Shown here one piece after another: positions 18,471 to 33,849 of a stretch of DNA of 64,000 nucleotides. A program made the position numbers and the translations under genes. The notes beneath the pieces are model-generated. The model did no database searches. It was given only the letters and a program-made list of their open reading frames with translations, and was not told the DNA's origin. Position 1 is the first letter of the stretch. Each line of letters opens with the position of its first letter. The DNA is from the human T2T-CHM13v2.0 reference genome, Homo sapiens. The stretch is from assembly GCF_009914755.1 (NCBI RefSeq), contig NC_060930.1. One strand, given 5' to 3'.

Positions 18471-19222
18471 ACTTAGAATAAAATGTTTAGAAATGGTTAT
18501 ATGTACAAACATCCCCTGACTTATAAACTCTTGGCTTAACAATACTTACAAATGAATGACCACTACCACTTGCCCACAAAGTCCTCCCATAGCTATCACT
18601 GATGTCCTGTTCTCCAGGAACCTTCCTCTGTCATTGACATCTGGATCCATGGAGCCCTTCCCTACCATTACTGTGGAAAGCACCAGGATCCTCTGTCTGG
18701 GCACTCTCCACCTCCTTCCTTGCCTTGCTTTCGGACCTCTCAGGCCAGTGGCACCTGTACCCCTATTGCCAAAGCATCAGAAATCTACGAGCCTCAGGAT
18801 GCAAGAGTCTTAGGGCTTGGGACTCAGCATGTAAGGTGGTGATGCTCAGGTCTTTCTTTCTGGAAATACTACAAACTACACTCAGGAATATTTCAGCGCC
18901 ATGATAAATTAAATAAGATTTAATTTATTTAAGTTTGCTTGAGAATGTAGCCACCATTTATAATGCTCCTAAACATAGACTTAATACCTTCTGAAATTGG
19001 TGATTACTTGTAGAGAGAACATTAATATTTATGGTAAATTAATTTTTCTTTTTACTTGACAAAATATTAAATCAGATGCACATTTTTCCCTTTAATATTA
19101 AAGCCCGGTCCAATTGTAAGGATGAAAAGGGAACTGTTCCTTTCTGGGAATCCCTGCAGCTAACTCAAGGGATCTACCAGCAATGAAGGCAAGCAGCATT
19201 TCTTTCTCCTTCAAACACATGA

Positions 19223-19587
19223 TGATATGATTTGGCTGTGTCCACACCCACATCTCATTTTAAATTGTAGCTCCCATATTCCCACATGTTGTGGGAGGGA
19301 CCCAGTGGAAGATAATTGAATCATGGGGGCGGTTTCCCCTATACTGTTCTCGTGGTGGTGGATAAGCCTCATGAGACCTGATGGTTTTATAAGGGTTTTC
19401 CCCTTTTTCTAGGCTCTCATTCTCTCTTGCCTGCCACCATGTAAGATGTGCTTTTCACCTTCCACCATGATTGTGAGGCCTCCCCAGCCACGTGGAACTG
19501 AGTCCATTAAACCTCTTTTTCTTTATAAATTCCCCAGTCTCAAGTGTGTCTTTATCAGCAGCGTGAAGATGGACAAATACAAATACA
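19223..19587 (+). mobile_element. THE1-type solo LTR
   Basis: tgatatgatttggctgtgtcc...ttgtagctccca...gggagggacccagtgg...aataca; 5-bp TSD catga/catgg. Confidence 0.88.
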
Positions 19588-20283
19588 CATGGTTTGCCCA
19601 ATCACTTCCATTTTGTTTGTCATTAAAATCTTAAGCTACTGTGGGGCATGGTCTGTACTTATAAAACAATACATTTTTTTGTCCTCCTCAAATTAAAAAA
19701 AAAATAACTGATCACAGGAGGAGAAACTCAGTCTTCCTCATTCTGAAATTCCTTAAAAATGTCTTTAGTTTTGGTTAAGACAGAACATTTTTGCAGAATA
19801 AATTTCCATGTGTGAGAAAAGTGGATCAGAGCAGTCAGCGCTCTAGAGAAGATGCCCAGATAGCTTTACTGGCCAAGATGAAATTTTCATTTCCTTCTAT
19901 TCTTACAACCAAAAGTTCCTTCTCCAAAAAGCAGGCCCAGGATTAGAGTGCTTCACTTTCATCACCCATCTTACCCTATAGCCAGAGGAGCTCAGCCAGC
20001 CATTTAGAGTGCATGCATTATTACACCATGTGCAGGGACCCTAGAGTCTAAGCCCCACACATCAGAGTTGTAATCAGAGGAGTAGACATTACTTGTTTCA
20101 GTTTCACCCAAGTTCCTACAGGTCAGGTTTGTGTGTTGATTCTAGTTCTCTTTCACTTCCCTCTGACTTCTATACCCAGCCACAGGTCAGAGCCATTTAA
20201 GATTGAGAGAGGTGAAGTTCGTTCTGTTTGGTTCTCGAATCCACTATTTAGTTCCAAGACAAAATCGCATTTCTCTCAACCAC

Positions 20284-20598
20284 TAAATTATTGAGTCTGT
20301 GGGTCTATCAGAATTTACCGTCAAACTGCAATTCATCTAAAAGTATACCTACTTCAAAAGGATTAGAAATAGCTTATCTTTTTCCACAGTAAATGGAAAG
20401 TAAAGGTTAAAATATAAGACAGAATATCTAATAGGAATAAATTATTGAGTCCATGGGTCTACTGGAATTTGCCAACAAAACACAATTCTTTATCTAAAAG
20501 TATACCCACCTCCAAAAGTTAGAAACAGCTTATTTATTTTCATAGTAAATGGAAAATTAAGGCTTAAATATAAGACAGAAGATACAAAAAGAATATAA
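20284..20598. repeat. Diverged tandem duplication, ~154-bp period, 2 copies
   Basis: taaattattgagtc...atctaaaagtatacc...agtaaatggaaa...aaatataagacagaa starts at both 20284 and 20438. Confidence 0.9.
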
Positions 20599-21743
20599 AT
20601 AGATGTTTCCAGACACCTGGAGTAATGTAAGTATAATTGTTCACTTAGTCGTTCATGAACATTTTAATTGAGTGACCACTATATACCAGGCACAATGTTA
20701 GGTATTGCGTATGTAGCAAAACAGACATGGTTCCTTCCTTCTTGGCTTTGATACTACTTGCACCGGGAAGAGATACCAGACCTGGAGCATGATCAGCATA
20801 GTGATAGCCTCAAAGGCTCTGAGAGTGGATTTGATCATATACGGGGTGTTGGGGTGGTGACAGGGAGACAGAGAGGAAGAGGACAGAGAGAGGGAAGGAG
20901 AAAGAGACCATGAGAAAGGCGAAAAAGAGGGCTAGGACTGACGCGTGAGACTAATCTTTCGAGTTTGAGCAAATAGAGAGCCAGAAATGAAGCCTAATAA
21001 AGTACAAGACAAGTCAAAAGAAAACAAAGCAAATGTGGCTTTGCAGAATCCAATAAAGGAGCATGGTTTCAAGGAAAGAGTGGTCCGTGATAGCAAATGC
21101 TGCTAAGAGATAAAATAAAATGGAGGGCTTGTCTTAGTTATTTAAAGAAAAGAGCTTTAATGGAGAGGAAGGGCTGGGACCTGGTGTAACTGGAACCATG
21201 TGGCAGGGGAGGCGCTGGGGAGCCTGGAACCCTCGTGCTCTTCTCCCGCCACCGAGCTCTCTTCCACTCTTCATTCAGGTCAGGGCTTAGATATTGCTAC
21301 TTGTGGGGAGACTCCCAAGCCACAAGTCTTGACTAGGTGTCCCCCTGTATGCTTCTGTAAGCACTGTTTACTTCCCTTCATTGCAATTATATTTTTTCTT
21401 GATTGTAAACAGCAGCAACCATCTCTGATAAACTGAAGTAGAAAAGACAATTTTTTGGAAGGCCGTTTGGGACTTTGCAGAATTTTAATGTAAGAACTAG
21501 GCTTAGAAAACAGGCCAAATCCAAAGAAGATCAAGCAATTGTGATACAGACCAGGTTACATCTCCAGGTGTGCTGATGAGTTAACCAGGCGACCTCACCC
21601 AGCTCACAACTGGCCTCATCACCACTATTCCCAGATGCTGGGTGCCGCTGCCATCATACCACCAAGAGAATGAGTTCCAAACTGTCCCCTTCTTCTTTGG
21701 TTTATTAAGTTGTGGCAAGAAAAAAAAAAAAAAGTACATATCA

Positions 21744-22278
<535 letters not shown>

Positions 22279-22379
22279 CTACTGCTAAGCTATTCTTCTG
22301 AAGCCCTTTAGCATTCTTCTCATTATTTTCCCCTCATTGCCCTCATCGCGTGGGTAACTAAGTTTTCTGGATTTGCCCT

Positions 22380-22381
<2 letters not shown>

Positions 22382-22425
<44 letters not shown>
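22382..22425. repeat. (TG)n microsatellite at an Alu tail
   Basis: About 22 TG units. Confidence 0.97.
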
Positions 22426-22710
<285 letters not shown>

Positions 22711-22948
22711 AATCCCTGGATTTGCTTTTCTTTATAGTTTTATCACAGATTTGTGTCCCTAGCATTGTTACTTTTGCCTGTTTTTGTACTTTATATAAAT
22801 AAAATCACACTGTATGCATTCCTCTGTAACATGCTTTCTGCTCACTATGTATTTTCAATGTTGGTGTGAAATAGCTACTGTTTGTTCACATCCACTGCTT
22901 TATTGTATTAATATACCAGAACTACTTTATCCTGTCTACTGTTAATGA

Positions 22949-23371
<423 letters not shown>

Positions 23372-24922
23372 AAAAGTAGAATTTCTAAGTAATAAGGAAT
23401 GTGAATATTTAACTTTACTAGGTGACAGCAAATTATTTTCCAAAATGGCTGTAATAATTATATTCCCACCAGCACTGATGACTTTTTTCACTTTCCCACA
23501 TCTCCATCAACATCGGGTAGTATCCAACTTTATTATCTTTGTCAAGCTAGTGGGTGCAACAGAGTAGCTCAGTGTGGTCTTAAGTTAGGTTTCCCTGATT
23601 ACTACCAAGTTTGGGTGTTTTCCTATGTTTATAAGCCAAACACATTTGCACTTCTATGAGATAACTGTTCATATCTTTTACCCATTTCTCTATTGAGCTG
23701 TATTTGTCTCTCCATATACTTGGACCTCCTTAAAGTTCCTCAATAAAAACTTTAGTAATTCTGCACCAGGGACCTGCACATTTTTCTTACATTTATTCCT
23801 GGGTGCTTTATATTATTTTATACTATTAAAACACTTTCTACTGTTGAATAGAAATGCACTTTTCTTTTTATATTGATATTACATCTAGAAATCTTGTTGA
23901 ACTCATGGAATCTGATATTTTACCTGTAGATTCCATTTATCTGCAGATTATTTTGATTTTTCCATGTTGAAATTACATCATCTGTAAATGACTGTTTCAT
24001 TTATTCCTTTCCTAATTCTTGTACCTTTTTCTTGTTTCATTGTGCTGGCTAAGAATTTTAGCCAATACAGTATTGAATAGAAGTGGTGATTCTTCTATTC
24101 TGGGAGCATTCTTATCCAGGACTTATGTCTCTTTCTCCCTTTTTTTTTCTTTAGGCATTTGGTACAGAATCGGAGTCCCAAATGGGCACATTTGCTTGGC
24201 CAAGCTTAAGTCACAGGCTTTTCTAACTGCCAAAGGAAAAAGAAGAAGAAGAAGAAGGAAAACATATGCCATAGTATGATATAGGGCTCTTTCTCGAACT
24301 TTTCTAGGAATTTCTCCAAAATGAGAAGGGCATTCAAATGCCTGAGAATGGAGAGCAACTTGTAATTACCTGTATACTTGCCTTTATGCACAGTAAGAAT
24401 CTATGTAATCAAACTAATCTCCGTGAATAACGTGCCTATGGGAGAATTTATTCTTCACTTCAAATTGGAACTCTAAGAATATATCTCCCTTTACTGTGTA
24501 CATAATATCAGAACTGGAGATTCTCCCTGTTCCAAATTATTTATGGAAGTTCCTGTGGCCTATTGTGGAGTCTTTAAGAAGAGAAAACCTGGGGAATGAA
24601 TGGGGATGAAGTACGGAGCATTCTAAAGAATGAGAATTTCTTGTCAGCATAAAACCTCTGAGGTGACTTTTCTGAGTCATATCCTCAGTTATTCCCTCCC
24701 TCTTCTTTCACAGGTTTATATTCTTATGTTTCCAATGTCATTATCTATAGCTGTATCCATGTTTTCTTCTGCCTAAGTTACTGCTAAGTAGATCACAATC
24801 TCCCAGCTCCTTTACTTTCACGTCTGTGAAGAAGTTCATGTTCTTTTATGGTTTTCTAGAGGATTACTGCTAGCAATAATAAAAAGCAATTTAATAAAGA
24901 GCATTCTGCCACATAATTGAGA

Positions 24923-24923
24923 C

Positions 24924-24954
<31 letters not shown>
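24923..24954. repeat. (CA)n microsatellite
   Basis: cacacgcacacaca... run. Confidence 0.95.
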
Positions 24955-25574
24955 GAATTTAACATTTCTATGTAGACAGTCATGACAAAGTTTTTTAAAA
25001 ATGACAAAAAATTGCAACATTTATATGACAAAAGTTACTATCCGTAATATACATATAGTTCTTATAAACTGATAAAAGAGCTATCTGATTTTTTAATGGG
25101 CCAAGGACATAAACAGTCAGAGAATAAACAATAAAAATAAGATGTTCAACTTCATCTTTTAGGTTTAGTTATGAACTAAAACAAAAATTAAATATATTTT
25201 TTTCGACCAATAAACTGGCCAAGGGGAAAAAGATCTTCAGTACATGGTGATGCTGAAGAGAGAATACAGGCTCTCTGTGCACTGTTGGTAGACACAAACA
25301 TTGATGTTCCTTGAGCTGAGTCTGACAGTATGTTGCCAAACCCTTTAACCATGTAAACTTTTTTTCTTATTTCATGAGTTTATTCTATTAAAAACAAAAC
25401 AAAATAAGCTTTAAGAATGTAAGCAGTCTTTCTATATTCAATTATTAATAATCGATACTTCAACAAACCTAACATAGCATTGATCATAAGATGTATCATT
25501 ATTCTATGTACTACTATGGAAGAAAAAAATGTCAAACTATAGCACAATCCTTTTTATCACTTAGAATTCTCTTA

Positions 25575-28170
25575 AAATGTTCTAACTGACATGTAATAAT
25601 TATACATATTTATGGGGTACAGAGTGATATTTTGATACACGTATGCAGTGTGTAATGTTCAAATCATGGTAACTTGCATATTCGTCACCTCAAATATTTA
25701 TCATGTCTTTGTGTTGGGAACATTTAAAATCCTCTCTTCTAGCTATGTGAAAATATAAAAGAAATTACTGCTAACTATAGTCAGTCACCCCACAGTGCTA
25801 TAGAACACTGGAACTTATTCCTTCTATCTAGCTGTAATTTTGTAACCCTTAACCACATGTTCCCTATCCCCTCACCCTCTAGTAATCACAATTCTACTCT
25901 ATATTCCTATGAGCTCAACTTTTTTAGCTCCCACATATGTGTGAGAACATGCCGTGTTTATCTTTCTGTGCCTAACTTATTTCACTTAACATAATGTCCT
26001 CTAGTCTCATTTGTGTTGCCAAGAATGATAGGATTTCATTCTTGTTTATGGGTGAATCGTATTTTGTTTTCTACATATATCACATTTTCTTTATCCATTC
26101 ATCCATTGATGAACACTTACATTGATTCCATATCTTAGCCACAATAGTGCTGCAATAATCCTTTCATTTTGATAAATACCCAGTACTGGGAATACTGGAT
26201 CATATGGTAGTTCTAATTTTAGTTTTCTGAGGAACCTCTATGTTGTTTTCCATAATGGCTGTACTAATTTACAATACCACCAACAGTAGATGAGTTTCCA
26301 TTTCTCTGCATCCTCACTTTTTGTCTTTTTGATAATAGCTATTCTAACGAGGGTGATATGATATCGTACTGTGGTTTGATTTGCATTTCCCTAATGATTA
26401 CTAATATTGGGTTTCTTTTTTTACAGACTTGGTGGCCATTTGTGTGTCTTCTTTTGAAAAATGTCTATTCAGGTTGTTTGCCCATTTTTTTAAATCAGAT
26501 CTTTTTCTGCTGTTGAGTTTCTCATATATTCTGAATCTCTTGTCAGATGAATAGTTTGCAAATATCTTCTCCCATTCCACAGGTTGTCTCTTCACTCTGT
26601 TAGTTGTTTCCTTTGCTATGCGGAAGCTTTTTAGTTTGATATAATCCCATTTGTATATTTTTGCATTTGTTGACTATGCTTTTGAAGTCTTACCCATAAA
26701 ATCTTTGCCCAAATCGTTTCCTCTATGTTATCTTCTAGTAGTTTTACAGTTTTGAGTTTTACATTTAAGTCTTTAATCCATTTTGAGTTGATTTACGTAT
26801 ATGGTGAGAAATAGGGATCTAATTGCTTCTCAGCCTTTTGGCTAAGATCAAGTGGAGAAACAGGGATCTAGTTTCATTCTTCTTCATATGGATATTCTGT
26901 TTTCCCAGCACCATTCATTAAAGAGGATGTGCTTTCCCCAGTGTGTGTTCTTGGCACCTTTGTCAAAAATCAGTTGGCTGTGAATATCTGGATTTATTTC
27001 TGGGTTCTCTATTTTGTTCCATTGGTCTATGTGTGTGTTTTTATACCAGTGCTATGCTGTTTTGGTTACTACAGCTTTGTAATATGTTTTGAATCAGGTA
27101 GCATGATGCCTCCAGTTTTGTTCTTTTTGGTCAGCATTGTTTTGGCTATTGTGAGTCTTTTGTGGTTCTATACAAATTTCAGAATTTTTTTCTATTTCTT
27201 CAAAGAATATCATTTGTATCTTGATAGAGATTGCATTAAATCTGTAGATTGTTCTGGGTAATATGGTCACTTTGACAATATCCATTCTTCCAATCTATGA
27301 ACATGGGATGTCTTTCCATTTGTTTGTGTCTTCATCAATTTCTTTAATCAGTGTTTTACAGATTTTATTGTAAAGATCTTATGCCTCCTTGGTTAAATTT
27401 ATTCCTAGGTATTTAAATATTTTTGGCAGCTATTGTAAAGGGGGTTGCTTTCTTGATTTCTTTTTCAGCTAGTTTATTATTAGTGTACAAGAGTGCTATT
27501 GATTATTGTATGTTTGTTTTGTATTCTGCAAATTTGTTGAATTCATTTATCAGTTCTGAAAGTTTTTTTGTAAAGTATTTAGGTATTTTTATATATAAAA
27601 TCATGTTATTTGCAAATAGTGATAATCTGACTTCTTTTTCAATTTGGATGCTGTTTATTTCTTTCTCTGGCCTAATTGCTCTAGCTAGGATTTCTAGTAC
27701 CATGTTGAATAAAAGTGGTGAAAATGGGCATCCTTGTCTTGTTCCAGTTCTTAGAGGAAAAGCTTTCAAGTTTTCCCCCATTCAATGTGATGTTAGCTGT
27801 GGGTTTGTAATTTATGGCCCTTGTTTTATTGAGGTATGTTTCTTCTATACCTAATTTGTTAAGAGTTTTTATCATGAAGGAATGTTGAATTTTATCAAAT
27901 ATTTTTTCTGCATCTATTGAAGTGATCATATGGATTTTGTTCTTCATTCTGTTAATGTGATGTATCACACAATCATTTGCATATGTTGAACCATCCTTGC
28001 ATGACTGGGATAAATCCCACTTGATCATGATATATAATCTTTTTGATGTGCTGTTGGATTTGGTTTGCTAGTATTACATGGAGGGTTTTTGCACATGTGT
28101 TCATCAAGGATATTGGCCTGTAGTTTTCTTTTTTGTTGTGTCCTTGTCTGGTTTTGGTAATGTGGCCTCA
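25575..28170 (-). mobile_element. 5'-truncated LINE-1 (L1MA-like): RT domain to 3'UTR
   Basis: Minus-strand RT motif [33 protein letters not shown]...[11 protein letters not shown]; L1MA 3'UTR at the left end. Confidence 0.92.
26822..26854 (+). pseudogene. 3'-truncated U2 snRNA retrocopy (U2 nt 1-33), no poly(A), 16-bp TSD
   Basis: ATTGCTTCTCAGCCTTTTGGCTAAGATCAAGTG vs U2 5' end ATCGCTTCTCGGCCTTTTGGCTAAGATCAAGTG (31/33). Flanked by gagaaatagggatcta and gagaaacagggatcta. Confidence 0.9.
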
Positions 28171-30599
28171 TAGCGTGCATCCTTTTTGACTCAGCACTTC
28201 CCCCTTCTAGGAGTTTACTCTAGGAATATATTCTAATAGGTAGGTAATACAATAACCACAGCAATGTTTACTGAAGTCTTGTTTATAATAGTAAAAGCTG
28301 GAATCCAACAATATAGATGGATTAAATAGTTTTCTAGAGTTATACAACAGAATAATAAGCAGCCATTTAAAAGGAAAAATTGCCTGTGACAAACCATAGA
28401 GTGAAAGGAAGCAGAATGTATAAGACCATTTACATCATTTATATAAAAGTTACCATATGTACAAATACATATACGTCTACATATACAGATATGGCTATCA
28501 AAACATTTAAATTTTATTAACAAGCAGGTGGCAGGCATTGTGAGGTTATTGTTTATAATGTTATGTATAATTTTATATAGCCTTACTACTGTTGTGATTT
28601 CCTTTTCCCCGTCACCTTAGTTCCTCAATTCTAATTGTCTTACTCCAATTTTTGTCTTCCCAAATATCTCTAGGTCACCATATTTAGCTTGACTTCTGTG
28701 CACTATGAAGTGAACTAGCAAATGCTTCAAAGAAAGAAAGTAGCAAATAACATCAGGCTCACTTCTGTACATTCTCTGTCTCTCTAAGATCTTGTTCCTT
28801 CAAGTCCTGGCTGCCCTGGTTGTTTAGATGCCTTCAAACAGCTCCTCTTAATTTTTTAATCCAGATTTATAACTGCTTTCAACAGTAAGTGGTTCTGATA
28901 CAAGCTGCTGTATCATAGCCAGAAGCAAAAGTCCAATTGTCTCATATTTAAGGGCATATTAATTATTGCTAAAATAGGAAATTATTTTGTAAGTAAAGAG
29001 ATAATTTTTAATGTGAATAATTTTTAGTATTACCTGTTTTGTGGGTATTTAAAATTTTTCCTTGAAGAAAGGTATACAATATTTTATAGAAGTTACTTAA
29101 AAGTATTAAATATAATCTTTTAAAAATGCTGAAGATCATAAATAGTTGTATAAACCATATTCAAATTAAATACTTTTTCACTCATCTAAATTTAATTCAA
29201 AATTGAATGTAATCCAAAAATATGCTTATTTTATTTTCTGATTATACTGCTGCATATTTGGGTATAATTTTATATTGCAAACAAGTTTCTTTACTACTGT
29301 ATTCTGTGAATCAAGCATTAGAGTAAGTGAAAAGATTGACGATTTGAATATCAGGTAAAACAAGCATAACAGAGATTTGAGCTGGAAGTACAGATTTAGC
29401 ATCATGAACCTAGGTGGTCAAGATCTGAAGCAATGGCAAATTCAGTAGATATTATCAGATATGAAAATTTTGTGGGATTGAGACTGCTTCCCAAGCATTC
29501 ACAAATGGGGAACTACCTGGGTCCTCCACACTTCATAGAAGCCTTCTACACATCCTTAGGCAGCTCTCTTTCTTATTTTCGAATTTTGGGTCCTCTACCT
29601 GTTCATTTCTCCTCTTACATTCAGCATATGTCTTCTTGTTTCATAAGCAAAACAGAAGTCACCAGGTGTAGCTCCCACAAATTCCTGTCTCTACATCAAC
29701 AACTAAACAATATAAAAAATCAGCTTTCTATCTTCATGCCCCACTCATATCCGTAAATTGGCCTTCATCCCCTAACTGGGCAATGACTCTGTCTATACTC
29801 TAGGTACCCTCTTTCCCATCTTCTTAGCATACTTGTTTCCCCCATTAGGCTGGCATCCTCCTGCCTTTTTTCAACCCTGCTTTTATGTCTTTTTTTCTTT
29901 CACTGTATAAATATACTCCCCACCACTAGGCTGTTTAATCACAAATTTTCCTCTGGTCTGGTGTTTTCCAAATTTCATGCTTCTCCCCATGAGTGGGTTG
30001 TGAAATTAATGAGTCTGTTTCATAAAAATATATTAAGAAATGAATTAGTATGGAACCTACAATATCAGAATGCAACACGTATATTCCTAGCAGGAGGTGT
30101 CCACATTGCCACAAATCCTGCAGACAACTGAGTTGAGTGACAGCTGGAGAATGAGAGGTAATGAATATATGCATTGGCTGGGAACTGCCAGCCAGTCACT
30201 CTTCTGCTCACTGGTGTCTCAGCTGATTTTTTGGAATTGATCATAATTGTATCAGGAGAGTTCATGTTTTATAGTTTCATTTTATGTCAATGTAATTTAT
30301 AGCTAATTATAAAGTGAGGTTTAGAAGAACTTTATCTAGTCTTGGCAAAGGCAGGAAGACTTTCCACCAAGGTTTGGCTATGAGTTAGAAGCTTTCAGTG
30401 TGCTTTTTGAATTAGGCATAACTGTCAGGCATTTTTCAACCTTGTGATAATTGTACATTTTAATCAAAGTTATACCAACTATCCTTAACACAGTTTATTT
30501 TATTATTAGAAGAAATAAAAACAGTCGTGTGAAAAACACAGAGGCATGTTCTGGCAGAACTACCAGATTTGGACATGTACATAGTGACAACATTAAGAA

Positions 30600-32650
30600 A
30601 AATGTCTTTTTAAATTAATAAATTCTATTATTTGAACTATAAGCCAAAGAAGTGCAAATCATTTTAATAATGATAAAGTATAGCTTGTCGATTACTCAAA
30701 ACTCACTGAAAATGTATTATTTGTAATGACATTCTTGTAAATAAAAGCTTAAGATCTTCCAAAAAAATCACTTGAAATATAGCAAGCCAAATTTGTTCAT
30801 AAGGCCTTCAAATATTTTCAAAGAAAAAAAGATGTAAATTTGTCAACATGATTTCACATTGGTTTTAATGAAAAAGCATTACTATCATAATTAGTCACAT
30901 GTATGCAGCAAAAGGAAAAAAATTAAACAGCTCCTAAAAAAGTTGTTCTCAGCATACATGGTTATAGTGAATATGATTCTTGATAAATCAGCAGAGAAAT
31001 TTAAAATTATACTTCTAAGTCATATTATAGTTCTAAAGAATATACAGAATAGAATTTATACTTATTAGGCACATACAGGCAGACACAGGTTGTATAATTC
31101 CACTTAATGAGAACACTAATATTTCACATTACTTAGACTTTAGTTTATGCCAAATATGTATGAAAATATGATTTTTATAAAGGATTTATTGTGTTGTTTC
31201 CATTTAACCTAACACAAAACTACTTGAGAAACATAAGTTCAACTGGAAAATTGTAACGGAATTGTGAGTGATTCAGAAGTAAATACGACCAGGAGACATG
31301 GAAAGATAATTTAAAATATTGTTAGAAGCTACTCTGTACATTATTTAAAATCTGTGTTTTATACATTACAAAGATTTTGCATCCTAACAATTGCACTAAA
31401 TCTTTTGGACTTGAAAACAAAAGTAACGATAGTTGTTTAATTTTATTAAGGGAACCTTCAATTTTTGATATGTTTTGTTCAGAAATTGGATCTGTGGCTG
31501 AGACTAATGATTCCCCTCCCTATGCCATAGGAAGAGAGCTGTGATTACTCAGGTATATCTCTGCAACTCTGTCTTCACCAATGCAATATATGAGATTTGT
31601 GTAACTTCTGCCTTTGAGGCATGGACTCCTCTACTCTCTTTTCCTCTTCCTATGGGCTAGAACACAATGTGCCTGGTACATATCTTTGAGACACACAAAT
31701 GAGAACAACCCCCTATGGGATGAGGAAACAGTAACATTTAAGGTATATGGTCACTTAATCTCCTGGGACCTGCTGCACCAACCTCAACCACTGACTCAGG
31801 GTTTAATTGAAGAGAGAAGTAAGTGTCTATGCTTTGTAAACCACTATATTGTTGGGTCTTTGTTAAAACAACTTAGCCTTTCCATCAAATAACATGTACA
31901 TGTTGCATCGTACTGAAGTTATTGATTGTTACGAGGAAAGTACTCATTAAATTATATGAACTCAGGAACAGGATTCATATTTTCCTATTTGAAAAGCAAT
32001 CTCATTTGGCATTTTGAAGATGATATTTCACCAGAAGAATCTGCATATAGGACTAATTTTTTTGACATTTTAAACTAACTGAATTTGGATCTACAGGGAA
32101 AAAGTAACAATATATTTCAAGATGTTTAATATATCCAACACTAACCAATACATTTTAAGTAATCACTGTGGTTACTATGTGTGCACAATTTTGTAACACA
32201 TAAAGAGAAAATTAATGAAGACATTTTGAATAGAAAAATGATATTAGTTATATTACGTCTCTGTTATAAACTTTAATAATTTCAAAAAGAGAAATTTGAA
32301 ATATTGAGGAAAAAATTGATAAAAGATCTGTTTTCCAAAATCCTGAATCCATATTAAAGTTGATACTCAAAGAAGAAAGCTAATCTCTAATACTTTAATA
32401 CATTGAAGAATGATTATAAGTTTATAGCCATTTTAGATTAAGATTAAAGAAGACTTTCCATTGCTAAACAGAGTTCACTGTTGTTATTAATAGCATTCAC
32501 AGCAACTTATTTGTGTGAGCCAGAATTTTTAAGCAACAAAACTAAAAACATTGGAAAGAAATAGGCATCACAGAGCAAACGACTGTGATTGTCCTCATGC
32601 CCGCAACCCAGAATGAATTTAGGAACAGGCAAGTATGCCTGCTGCAGTGA
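30600..32650 (+). mobile_element. Decayed hAT-Charlie transposase fossil, interrupted by an LTR-like piece near 31500-31890
   Basis: Peptide remnants CIICNDILVNKSL (BED-finger region, ~30713) and FTATYLCEPEF (hAT C-terminal TYLCE motif, ~32495); many stops. Confidence 0.65.
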
Positions 32651-33296
32651 ATGAAATCATGCTTAGTAGTAACTATTCTAGTTAACAGTATGTACTGTTT
32701 TATACCTAAAACTGTTGTTTCAGTTTTTTAACATATCTATACATGTATGTAAACACTGGATGATAATGTAAAGCATATTTTCTACTGTGAGTTATAGAAA
32801 AAAAGTAGAAAGGTGTTTACTTTCCTTCATAGCCATCCACTGGGTTGTTTATCCGTGTGATTTCACCAGCTCTTAATCCACTGCAACCAGGCTGCAGTCA
32901 TCATTTCTCCCGGGTCTGGCTTCCACGGGATCCTAACTCTCTCACATTCATTACATCATTTTCTGTGTTTATCTTTGTCCTTTCTCTGGATGTTGACCTT
33001 GTTGCCTGGATACTACTTTTATTTCATTTTTGTGCCACTTTTTTTTTTAGAATAACACTTCTGATTATAAAAGTAAAAATATTTAATGAAAAATAAACTC
33101 ACCTATAAGCCCATCAAAGATAATCACTTAATATTTTGTATGTACTTTTGATAGATATGTATGTACATATATGTATGTATTTTTGAACTTATATATACAT
33201 CTACATCAAATATTTAAATAAAATTGGAATCATGTAGTATACAAAAGTACATAGCATTTTACAATTTGCTTACTTAAGTATATAGTATAAGCCACT

Positions 33297-33849
<553 letters not shown>

